IMG/VR virus record: IMGVR_UViG_3300017917_001996
Location: 62,001-126,000 of that record
DNA length: 64,000 bases
Strand: one strand, 5' to 3'
The position numbers and the translations under genes were made by a program. Below are positions 15,698 to 25,600 of this stretch, piece after piece (position 1 is the first letter of the stretch; every line of letters starts with the position of its first letter). Under the pieces are notes generated by a model. It ran no database searches, was not told the origin of the DNA, and saw nothing but the letters and a program-made list of their open reading frames with translations.

Positions 15698-15958
15698 TTG
15701 ATGTCTGAAATTTCAAATAACACACAATCAGAACAGGCTGCTTCCGATTCACAAGAAAAGCCGAATCTAACATTACAAGATCTTAGCATGATGGTGCAGA
15801 TCCTACAAGTAGGAACGTCACGTGGTGCTTGGAAAGCCGATGAACTATCAAGTGTGGGCGGTTTATATGATCGCATTACAGCCTTTTTGACAGCAGCAGG
15901 AGTAGCAACAAAAAAGGACGCTAACGAAGAACAACCCGAAGACGGTAACAAAGAATAA
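15698..15958 (+). CDS. Hypothetical phage protein
   Basis: GGAG SD; L..QDL.....I....SRGA....EL..VG..Y core. Confidence 0.7.
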   Translation: MMSEISNNTQSEQAASDSQEKPNLTLQDLSMMVQILQVGTSRGAWKADELSSVGGLYDRITAFLTAAGVATKKDANEEQPEDGNKE

Positions 15959-15972
15959 TCAAGGAGGCTGAC

Positions 15973-16659
15973 ATGTTAAAACATGTAGGTAAACATAACG
16001 ACAAAAAGGTAGTAGTACTATTTAGAGAGGTACCAGGCGAAGAACATATGTGCTTGGTTTCCTATAGCGATTTGCTACCAAGACTGTACCACGATGCAGT
16101 CATGAAAGTATTAGAAAGTCCAGTTGGGCAACAAGCCCAAAACTTTTCAGATGCTCTATATAGAAATTACATGCCTGATGGACGTAATTGCCTAGAAGCA
16201 TTGCACAGAGATGGACTTATCAAGAAAGTTCCTACTAATCAAATTTTAGTAACACCAACACCAGCTAGCTCAGTTCGTTTAGATGAATTAAACAACATTC
16301 TTAACGAAATGGCCAAAGGCGAAGAAGCTATCAAGCGTCTAGCTGAATTAGACTCTGCCAAAGGTATGACTGGTAAGAAAAGACCGGAACAACTTCAAGA
16401 AGTTGGCGCTCCAGTAAATACTCGTTCCAAAGCTGCACCACTACCACAAAGCACAGCGGCCGCTTTAAACGAAGTGTTAAGTGATTCCGATCTTGCACAG
16501 GATCGTGTACGCCAAGCTGAACAAATGAAGCAAAACGCTACACAATTACTGCAAGAAGCTGAAAGACTTTTAGCTGAGGCTAAACAACTAGATCCTAAAG
16601 TTAAAACAAATGCCGGTACAACCAAGAAAAAAGCCCAAGCAAAAGTTAAAGCGGATTAA
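15973..16659 (+). CDS. Hypothetical phage protein
   Basis: AAGGAGG SD; LKHVG N-terminus; coiled-coil C-terminus. Confidence 0.75.
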   Translation: MLKHVGKHNDKKVVVLFREVPGEEHMCLVSYSDLLPRLYHDAVMKVLESPVGQQAQNFSDALYRNYMPDGRNCLEALHRDGLIKKVPTNQILVTPTPASSVRLDELNNILNEMAKGEEAIKRLAELDSAKGMTGKKRPEQLQEVGAPVNTRSKAAPLPQSTAAALNEVLSDSDLAQDRVRQAEQMKQNATQLLQEAERLLAEAKQLDPKVKTNAGTTKKKAQAKVKAD

Positions 16660-16951
16660 TGTTTCGGCCCGCAGCCAGTGGAAAGAAATACTTAAAGACG
16701 TTGAGAAAAAAGAAATACCGATTCATTTACTACAGTCCATGGATGTCAATCTTATCGATGGCACTGTAGTAAACATCGATATTAAAGAACTTTTAAGCAG
16801 CGGTCACGATCCGGATGACATTGAACAGATGCTTGACTTGAAATTAAAGTCATTAGATCATATAATAGACGATGTAGACTTCTACGTCAGTATTGATGAT
16901 GTTGTCAAAACTGTTCAACCAATAACCGATCAAATTTTGAAAGACTTATGA
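16610..16951 (+). CDS. Hypothetical phage protein
   Basis: Open frame between neighbours; start uncertain; ATGA overlap with thyX. Confidence 0.6.
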   Translation: MPVQPRKKPKQKLKRINVSARSQWKEILKDVEKKEIPIHLLQSMDVNLIDGTVVNIDIKELLSSGHDPDDIEQMLDLKLKSLDHIIDDVDFYVSIDDVVKTVQPITDQILKDL

Positions 16952-17616
16952 AAGTTAAACTTGTCTCTTACAGTCAACCCACTAACGAATTTGAGACCTT
17001 GGGAGTCAACGACGCCCAAGAACTCATTGCCTACTGTGCAAGGGTCTCAAACCCAAGTAATCAAATCAACACCGAAACTTCAGACAAGCTCATCCGGTAT
17101 CTCGTTAAACACGCACACTGGAGTCCGTTGGAAATGGTTTCAGCTTGCATGGAAATCACAACGACAAGAGATATTGCCCGGCAAATACTGCGCCACCGAA
17201 GTTTCAGTTTCCAAGAGTTTAGCCAACGTTACGCTGATCCTACAAAGGATCTCAGCTTTGTTACCCGAGAAGCCAGACTCCAAGACCACAAGAATAGACA
17301 AAACAGTATAGAGACCGATGATGCTGAACTTCAGCAACGTTGGGCTGCTATGCAAAAACGAGTTGTTGACGAAGCTGCTTATGCCTATAAGTGGGCCATT
17401 GACAACGGTATTGCCAAAGAGCAAGCTCGTGCTGTGTTGCCCGAAGGTCTAATCGAAAGCCGACTATACATGAACGGCACACTACGTAGTTGGATTCATT
17501 TCATTGAACTGCGTTCAGGTAATGGTACACAAAAAGAGCACATGGAAGTCGCTCGTGCTTGTGCAGAAGCCATTGCTGCTATCTTCCCAATGGCACAAGA
17601 ATACGTACATCAGTGA
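16948..17616 (+). CDS. thyX: FAD-dependent thymidylate synthase
   Basis: HWSPLEM, RQILRHRSFSFQEFSQRY (RHRX7S motif), ARAVLPEG, NGT.RSW.HF..LR. Confidence 0.95.
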   Translation: MKVKLVSYSQPTNEFETLGVNDAQELIAYCARVSNPSNQINTETSDKLIRYLVKHAHWSPLEMVSACMEITTTRDIARQILRHRSFSFQEFSQRYADPTKDLSFVTREARLQDHKNRQNSIETDDAELQQRWAAMQKRVVDEAAYAYKWAIDNGIAKEQARAVLPEGLIESRLYMNGTLRSWIHFIELRSGNGTQKEHMEVARACAEAIAAIFPMAQEYVHQ

Positions 17617-17852
17617 AAGTAACTGTTCACGAGTTTTATCTCGGTGACGGCGTAGACGATCCAGAAATCTACGCCGCTCAACCTATTTACGAATGGCAGC
17701 AAACTGAAAAAGGTAAATGGGTAATGGAGAATGCCTTAGATGCACCCTACTGGTGCAGGGTAATCGATTATTCTAGCTACAGAATAAAATACAGAATAGT
17801 TGCAGAGCTCACTGATCGAGATGCAACTTATTTCTGTTTACGCTGGAAATAA
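17613..17852 (+). CDS. Hypothetical phage protein
   Basis: GTGA overlap with the thyX stop; V.DPEIYAAQPIYEWQQTEKGKW motif. Confidence 0.65.
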   Translation: MKVTVHEFYLGDGVDDPEIYAAQPIYEWQQTEKGKWVMENALDAPYWCRVIDYSSYRIKYRIVAELTDRDATYFCLRWK

Positions 17853-17857
17853 CAGTA

Positions 17858-20800
17858 TTAGAAGAAGCCGCCTGCGCCTCCGTCGTAATATATAGGAGGA
17901 GATCCTATATTCTTATAGACTACATTGCCTACTGTTGCGCCCGTACCGCGCCTTCTAATAGTCACAGTTACATCTAGATAACCATCTGGGCAGGTTACTG
18001 AATATCCTTTTGCTCCGTTACCTTTTACGCTTACCCATACATTTTCTGAGATGTTTGAAGTGTATGTACCTTTGCCACTACCGTTGCTTGGTGCTGATGA
18101 TACAAACTTAATATCAAACCATTCACCTGTACCAGGCAACGAAGCTCCAACAATCCAAGTTGTTATAGTTCCGTTAATAGTACAAGTTCCATCTCCGTAA
18201 AATGTAACACCCGACGGCGAATCTTGAGTAGCTGGCATGCTAACTGTTATAAATGCAGATGCATCGTTAAACCCGGGTACCAAACTTAGACTCGGTGCAG
18301 TCAAGGATGTTGTCCAATATACAGATATTCCGCCCCCAGAACCACTGGTTGCAACGTTAGTTGACCACGATCCAAGTGCCATCACTCCTACGCCGCCCTT
18401 AGACATAGCATATCCATATTGATCAGAGAAACGAGAATTAGAGAATACCGAACCAGGTGTTGCAGGAATAATTTTTTCTATGTATTCATTCCATGTATTC
18501 CAGGTCAAACCAGTGTTTCTAAAATTAGTGCCTGCATCGCCACCGGATGCCATGGACCCACCATCCGGACCACCAACACCACCAACACCACCATTACCGC
18601 CACCGCCGCCGCCGCCGGCACCGTCGCCGCTCCAGTCTTGACCATCTAACGATGTAGTTAAATTAAGTCCAGTAGCTAATTGTGCATGGGCAGCACCGTT
18701 TTGTAAGTTAGCTTTTCCACCGCCGCCACCCCCGCCGCCGGCAATTGCCATGTTAATAACAGTAGGTGCAGTAGGTGCGGCAGTATCGTTATAGGATGCT
18801 GCAATTTCTGCTGCTGTTCTAGCCACATTAAAGAGTCTAACTTCTCCGATGTACCCTTGGAATCCTTGGCTAACGCCCGGACGGCCACCAATACAGAACG
18901 GTCTACCATCGACTCTGGATATACGACTTAAACCAGTTCTGGTCCAGGCTAATGCGCCGTTAATGTATATACGCATTTCTGTGCCTGCAATCGAAACTGC
19001 TACATGTGTAGGAGTGTTTAACGGTACGATTGCAGTACTAGAGTCAGATCCAGATCCAGCCGATCCCATCCATCCGCCACCGGGTAAGCTAGTGTCGGTA
19101 CCGCCGCCCCAATCTGTGGCAACTATAACTTTACCATTGCTCATAACTGCTACTTCATATTCACTGTCTTTATTAACAATGATTCCGCCATAAGTTGCAT
19201 CTGTACCTGCACCAGTTCTATACACCCATGCTTCAATCGTAAAGTTACTGTTAACGTTCTTAACTAATTGTAATTTAGAAGAATCTGGAGTGGATATATA
19301 AGTACCTGTAGAGAATATTGCTGCAGGAATCTGTGTAGTTGGAATCCTGGCAAAAGAGATTCCTGCACCATTTGTCATAGTAGCAGGATCTGCTGCTACA
19401 TCGGTAGCGGTACTTGTTGCAGTATTCATTTGAATTCTAGCAACTAATCCGTTTAGATCAGCAGATGATCCTACAACACAGTAAAGAGAAGATGCGCCGC
19501 CGCCTGCGCCGCCGGGGCCAGAACCGCCAGAACCTCCGGGTTTTCCACCTCTTCCTCCAGACGCCGATGCAACTAAAACGTTTGTACCCGAAACTGTTGC
19601 CAATCCAAATCCTCTTCCTCCAGGTTCAGATATTGCACCTGCACCTGAGAAAACCGACCCACCAATTCCGGGTGCGCCAACACCGCCTCTAAGGATTTTA
19701 GGCCCGGATGTTGCAGGAAGTCGTACAATACCTTCAATGTAATTGCCAGGTCCGCCAGAACCTCCTGCACTTGCTGCCATTTGCCAGGTAGTAAATACTA
19801 GTCCGTCGGGACCGTAAATTTGTAGTGCAACACCAGCATTACCACCAGTATCAGTGCAACTTACAAACAATGTATGAACTCCAGCTTGTAATTGTAAAGA
19901 GCCAGTTGAGTTAGTTCTATAATCGTTCCATGTGCGTTGAGGGCCACCGTCGATTGTAAAATATCCATTATTGTCTGTAGCAAATAAAAATGTGTGAGTT
20001 CCGGGTACCGGCGACCAAAATGGAACTGTAAAGGTAAATGGATTTCCAGGGCCCCTTACTGCCGATGCATTCATTTCAGCAGTCCAGTATCGGTCTGTGT
20101 TAGTAGAAAATCCAAGTCCAGAATTTCCTCCACCGTCGGTGCCAGCACCACTGCCTCCTGCACCAGTCATTTTAAAAGCAACCCAGACTGGGTCAGCTGG
20201 CATATTTGCAATAGTTCCGACTATACCAGGAACAGTTAGTACACCAGTTCCAGTTTGAATAATCGATGTATCGTTAATAGTGATTGTCTTAGTAACAGTT
20301 GGCGTAACTGCCGACAGTGTAACGTTAAATGATTCTGTACCTTCTGTGGCCGCATCAGCAGTGACGTCAACTGTCACAGATGCAGTATTATTGTTAATAA
20401 CAAAAGTTCCTTCGAATCTATTTGCTGCTACGTTCCAAATAAGACCCGACGATGTCATGTCACTGTTATTAATTCCTGTTCCAGAAATTGTAAATGGTAC
20501 TTGTGTACCGTTAGACACGTTGGTTGTAGTTAATGTAATCGTTACACTAGTGCCTTCGTTAGCTGAGTTGACGCTAGACGATAACGTATAACCGGGGTTA
20601 TTCGAAGAATCAAAGATTCTAAAAGAGGTACTAACAGTAGGAGTAATATTGTTTAATGTAAGAGTTAATGTCTCTGTGCCTTCTGTCAAACGATCTTCAG
20701 AGGTTGTTAATGACAATGTAGCTTCACCATTGGCTCCGACTACAAAATTTCCTGTTAAAGGAGCATTGCTAATATCAGCACCGTTTACTCCTGTAATAGT

Positions 20801-22600
20801 ATAAGGAACCTGTGTGCCAGCGGCTACGTTAGATGTAGTTAACTTGATTACAATTACATCACTGTTTTCAATTGCTACAACTTTCCCATCCCAAGCAGCA
20901 GCTTCAGGAGAGTTTCGAATTGCTGTAGAAACAGCCGATAAAGTCATTGCTCCACTGTTTATGTTGTCATCCCATCCTGCTAATCCACTAGGCTCAGCAT
21001 TGCGTCCTAAATATTGTCTATAGTAACTATTGATGGTAATCTTTTGTGCAGTATTAATATAAGACGTATTAAAGTTAGGAATCGAATATGTTAATGCATA
21101 GCTAGGTGTAGGCGCTTTTGACGTATCTTCGATTTGCACAGACACGCTAACTGATGGTGTTCTTCCATCTAACGTCAACGTCAATGTTTCTATACCTTCA
21201 GTTAGTTGATCAGCTGTAGCATTTAAACTTAGTGTTGTTTGTGCAGTACCGTTTGCGCTAACGTTAAAATTGCCAGTTAAGGGTTCGCCACCGATGTCCG
21301 AGCTACTAATTCCGGTAATTGTGTAAGGAACTAATGTACCGGCAGCTACGTTGGTAGTAGTCAGAGTGATAGTAACACTAGATCCTTCGTTTATTTTTGG
21401 TGCACTTGCACCCAATGCATATGCAACTTGTAATGGTGCAGTAGATGTATCATTGATGGTTACTACCGCGCTAACTGTTGGCGTTACATTACTAAGTGTA
21501 AGCCTAAACGTTTCCGGTCCTTCGGCAGCAGCATCGGCTGACACGTTCAATACGACCGAATTAGTGTTATTGTTAACTGTAAAAGAATCGGTCAAAAATG
21601 CACCACCTAAGTCAGCCGGTGTAATTCCAGTTCCTGAAATAACGTAAGGAACTACAGTACCGTTTGATACGTTAGTGGTGGTTAGAGTAATAGTAACTGT
21701 GCCACCTTCGTTAACTGTCGAGGAACTTGCACTTAACGAATAAGTTGGAGCATTGACCGATAATGATGTATCTCTAATAGTAACCGATTGACTAACTATA
21801 GGTGTAACATTATCTAATGTTAGTGTTAATGTCTCTACACCTTCAGTGGTTAAATCGTTAGCTGCGGTAACTGCTACTACGGCTGTACCAGTGGCACCAA
21901 TGGTAAAACTACCAGTCAATGGCATGCCAATGTCGTTAGACGAAACCCCAGTAATTGTGTAAGGAACCTGTGTCCCTCTTAATACATTAGTTGTTACTAG
22001 AGTAAATGTAACACTTCCGCCTTCGTCAATGGCACTAAGGTTTGTGCTTAAGGAGTATGTAGGAGCGAGTACAGGGCTTTCTGAAGTGTCGTTAATGATC
22101 ACAGAAACTGCAGATGTTGGGTTAACGTTATCTAAGGTTAACGTTAATGTTTCAAACCCTTCTGTAAATGTATCCGCAGTGATATTTAAACTTAACGACG
22201 CTGTTCCTGTTCCGGAAATAGTAAAATTACCAGTCAACGATGCTCCGCCAATATCTGCGCTACTAATTCCTGTGATGGTATACGGAACTAACGTTCCAGC
22301 TGATACGTTAGTAGTTGTTAATACAATGTTTACACTACTTCCTTCGTCGACTGCGGTTTTGTTTGCAGCCAGTGTGTACGTCGGTAACGGACTAGACACG
22401 CTAGTATCAAATACTGTAACTACGCCAGTAGATGCTACAACGTTCCCAGTAACGCTACCTTTTCTAAGTTTAGCAACAAATTTTTCTGTACCTTCAAACG
22501 TACCGTCGGCGACTATAGTTTTAGTAAACTGAGCCGATTTTTGTTGTATAGTGACATTACCGGATAAACCAATTGGAATTAGATCTGATGAATTAAGCAT
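17858..22600 (-). CDS. Large tail fibre/adhesin-like protein (Calx-beta-like repeats, DUF4214-like insert, polyglycine region, LamG-like domain)
   Basis: About six ~100-aa repeats Y.L......V.EG.SV.ITLTTTNV..GT.VPYTI.G...AD...TEG.ET..LTL; FTIEAWVY...FQGYIGEVR LamG pattern; Gly-rich tracts. Confidence 0.8.
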   Translation of the reverse strand: MLNSSDLIPIGLSGNVTIQQKSAQFTKTIVADGTFEGTEKFVAKLRKGSVTGNVVASTGVVTVFDTSVSSPLPTYTLAANKTAVDEGSSVNIVLTTTNVSAGTLVPYTITGISSADIGGASLTGNFTISGTGTASLSLNITADTFTEGFETLTLTLDNVNPTSAVSVIINDTSESPVLAPTYSLSTNLSAIDEGGSVTFTLVTTNVLRGTQVPYTITGVSSNDIGMPLTGSFTIGATGTAVVAVTAANDLTTEGVETLTLTLDNVTPIVSQSVTIRDTSLSVNAPTYSLSASSSTVNEGGTVTITLTTTNVSNGTVVPYVISGTGITPADLGGAFLTDSFTVNNNTNSVVLNVSADAAAEGPETFRLTLSNVTPTVSAVVTINDTSTAPLQVAYALGASAPKINEGSSVTITLTTTNVAAGTLVPYTITGISSSDIGGEPLTGNFNVSANGTAQTTLSLNATADQLTEGIETLTLTLDGRTPSVSVSVQIEDTSKAPTPSYALTYSIPNFNTSYINTAQKITINSYYRQYLGRNAEPSGLAGWDDNINSGAMTLSAVSTAIRNSPEAAAWDGKVVAIENSDVIVIKLTTSNVAAGTQVPYTITGVNGADISNAPLTGNFVVGANGEATLSLTTSEDRLTEGTETLTLTLNNITPTVSTSFRIFDSSNNPGYTLSSSVNSANEGTSVTITLTTTNVSNGTQVPFTISGTGINNSDMTSSGLIWNVAANRFEGTFVINNNTASVTVDVTADAATEGTESFNVTLSAVTPTVTKTITINDTSIIQTGTGVLTVPGIVGTIANMPADPVWVAFKMTGAGGSGAGTDGGGNSGLGFSTNTDRYWTAEMNASAVRGPGNPFTFTVPFWSPVPGTHTFLFATDNNGYFTIDGGPQRTWNDYRTNSTGSLQLQAGVHTLFVSCTDTGGNAGVALQIYGPDGLVFTTWQMAASAGGSGGPGNYIEGIVRLPATSGPKILRGGVGAPGIGGSVFSGAGAISEPGGRGFGLATVSGTNVLVASASGGRGGKPGGSGGSGPGGAGGGASSLYCVVGSSADLNGLVARIQMNTATSTATDVAADPATMTNGAGISFARIPTTQIPAAIFSTGTYISTPDSSKLQLVKNVNSNFTIEAWVYRTGAGTDATYGGIIVNKDSEYEVAVMSNGKVIVATDWGGGTDTSLPGGGWMGSAGSGSDSSTAIVPLNTPTHVAVSIAGTEMRIYINGALAWTRTGLSRISRVDGRPFCIGGRPGVSQGFQGYIGEVRLFNVARTAAEIAASYNDTAAPTAPTVINMAIAGGGGGGGGKANLQNGAAHAQLATGLNLTTSLDGQDWSGDGAGGGGGGGNGGVGGVGGPDGGSMASGGDAGTNFRNTGLTWNTWNEYIEKIIPATPGSVFSNSRFSDQYGYAMSKGGVGVMALGSWSTNVATSGSGGGISVYWTTSLTAPSLSLVPGFNDASAFITVSMPATQDSPSGVTFYGDGTCTINGTITTWIVGASLPGTGEWFDIKFVSSAPSNGSGKGTYTSNISENVWVSVKGNGAKGYSVTCPDGYLDVTVTIRRRGTGATVGNVVYKNIGSPPIYYDGGAGGFF

Positions 22601-22628
22601 AGTATATTATTTATTCAGAAAAACCACC

Positions 22629-25600
22629 TTATTCGGAACATATAATCTCAATCCACTGTTCAACTGTAGGTTTATTGGTTAAGTAAATTCTAAGATTAAA
22701 ATCAAATGTTCCCATATATGGTTGGTTAAAAGTTATTTGTATGTACCCAATTCCGTTAGAACCAATTCGGAAATTCCTAGATGACGGGAACGTAACCCCT
22801 CCTGGTATATAGTTATTGTAATTGTCAGATCCAACACTAAACGGAACTAGTGTTCCTGCAGGAACGTTGGTCGTCTTTAACCAAATATCAAATGTAGTAT
22901 CTCCAAACGGAATATCTACCCAATCCTTATCAACTTGGAATACGTAGGTTGCTGCAGGAGTTGGTGCAGGCACTGGAGTGGGCACTGGAGAAGGTACTGG
23001 AGAAGGTACCGGAGTAGGCACTGGAGAAGGCGGCGGAGGCGGAGGCGGTGGTGGTGATGACCACCCTATATTAAGACGCCATATGTACTCTTCACTTGGG
23101 TCGGTCCTACCGTTCCAGAAAAGTCTAAGAGACGCTGATTCAGTTTCTCTCTTATCAGACCATAACGCTGCTGTCCATGCAGTTACAATCTGCTGACCAG
23201 CAAGATATGTTTTTATACTCCAAACTGGTGTCCCAGAACTAGTTGTTGACGCAACACTTATTGCTCGTCCATCAGTATTAATGTCAATCTGTCCGTCGTA
23301 CCAATTGCCTCTGTCAATATACCTTCTATTTAAATTTTTATCTGTGTATTGAATTTCCCAAGAACCGTCGGTCCTGAATACTACATATGTAAAGACAAGT
23401 ATTCCACCACCGTTATAACCAACCAATTCGTTGTCAGGGAAAGTGTTATAGTAATATGTAGTAGCCATTGCTGGCTTGACCAGCGGAAATATATATGCTG
23501 ATGGTGCAATTAATCGAGATCTACCTAGTGCATCGGTAACTTTAATAGTAAATGTAGTAGTACCTTTACCTTTAGTTAAGCCTCCAATACTAACCGTGTC
23601 TTGCGTAACCTGTGTTAAAGTCCAACCAGGCAAGGTTCCATACAGCAATGAGAAATTATATGGTGCAGTTCCTCCTGATGCAGTTATTGTGGTTATGAAA
23701 TTAAAACCGCTAGTTACATCTCTAAACAACTTTTTAATTCTTTGTGCATGAGTTAATGTGTTATCACCTGGTGCACCAACGTATAAAGCATTAATTGCAA
23801 CAGAATACGATTCTTCTCCGGTATCTCCATACCGATCGGTTACTATTACCTTAAAGCTAGCAGATCCCGGATAAGAGTCAGTACTTAACTCGGCTGGTGT
23901 GCCTGATAGTAATCCAGTATTAGACATTGATAGCCCAGCTGGCAAAGGTGTTGCTGAATCTATGTTATATGTATATGGTGCTGCACCACCGGCTGCTGAA
24001 AATTGTACGCTATATGGTGATTGTACCCAGAGGTCAGGAATAGTATACGGCTTTACCTCAATTGGAGCAGTATCAAACGATATCGTGTATTGCTGCGATC
24101 CTGTAAAGTTGTGTACATCCTTAGCAGTTATTGTAAATGTAGCAGGATCTTTAGATGTTGGGACTCCAGTTAATGTAGACCCGTTAAAGGTAAACCCAGC
24201 TGGAAGAGTTCCTGCTGTAACTGTAAACGTATATGGGGTGGCACCACCCGATGCTGTGAATATTTGTGTATACGATTCTCCTACAACACCATCATTTAAA
24301 GTTTCAGGAGAAATTGTAATTTCAGGTGCAGTAATAGTAAAATTATATGTGCAATACCCAGACAAACCCTGGGAATCTCTGGCACGATAAATCACAGCAC
24401 GGTTAGTTACAGGTGTAGTAGGTAATCCAGCTACAGTAGCATTAGCAGCAAAGAAAGTAAGACCAGTTGGCAGTGTTCCGCTTACTTGGGTCCATGTATA
24501 CGGACCAGTTCCGTTACTAACTGATAAGGTATAGCTAAATGAGCTATATGCTGCTGCTGGTTCTGGATCCCCAGCATCTAATATTAATTCTCCATCGCAT
24601 CCTGAAGTAGGTGTTTTTGCAGTATCGTTGATGCTTACGTTGCCGTAAGTGGCTACTAAAGTGCCTCTTGGATATTCTAACCAAACGTTTGCAAACTCAA
24701 CTGTTTCTGTAATGTAATCAGCATTGACTCTTACTTCGATTGATCCAGTACGATTAACTATACTAATTTCATCTGTTGAATAGTATATGTCCTGTGCGTC
24801 GGTGTTTTTTGGTGCTCCAAAAATTAAATATGCACTAACCGATGTATTCAACGATGCAGGCGCACTAACGTCAAATGTTAGCATATCCCCTTCGTCAACA
24901 AACACTGGCGCAGGCCCTTTACCTCTTAAAGCAATTTGCCAGACGTTTGATAATACTGACAAGGAATAGGACTTTGTTCCCGAATTAGTATTGTTGTCAA
25001 TGGCTTCGACGCTAAAACTATGAATTCCTGTTGTAGTAGGAGTTCCTGACAAATAACCTTGTTGATTTAATGTCAAGCCCGGAGGTAACGTATCAACTAC
25101 ATTAAACACATATGGTGCTACGCCACCAGTAGCAGTTAATTGTTCCGAATATTCTGTACCCTTAATTGCAGCTTCTAATGAATCTGGCTCAATGGTAATA
25201 TTGACCGCAGCGATTCCGATGGTATAGGTAGCATCGGTACTATTACCATTACTGTCAACTACTTTGATCTTAAACACCGACGACTGAACCACTGTTGGCG
25301 TTCCAGTAATTTTATTTCCTACTAAACTTAAACCCATTGGTAAAGTGCCTGTTAGTAGACTATATGTGTAAGGCCCGATACCTCCAGTGACAGACAATGT
25401 CTGTTCGTAAGGTGTATTTTTTAACCCGCCCGGTAATGTGGCAGGATTTAATGTTAAATCTACAGTTGTTACTTGTAAAGAAAAGTTTTGCTGTCCTGAA
25501 TTAGTGTTACTATCAACAGCTTTAACTGTAAACAAGAATGTGCCAACTTCTGTAGTAGTACCAGATAATGCACCTGAACTAGAACTCAATGAAATACCCG

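Noticed and set aside
16948-17616. thyX as a novelty
   Set aside because: A common phage nucleotide-metabolism gene with canonical motifs and no intron or intein visible.
22965-23058. Short tandem repeats as CRISPR or contingency locus
   Set aside because: In-frame 12-nt units encoding a Pro-rich linker; no spacers.
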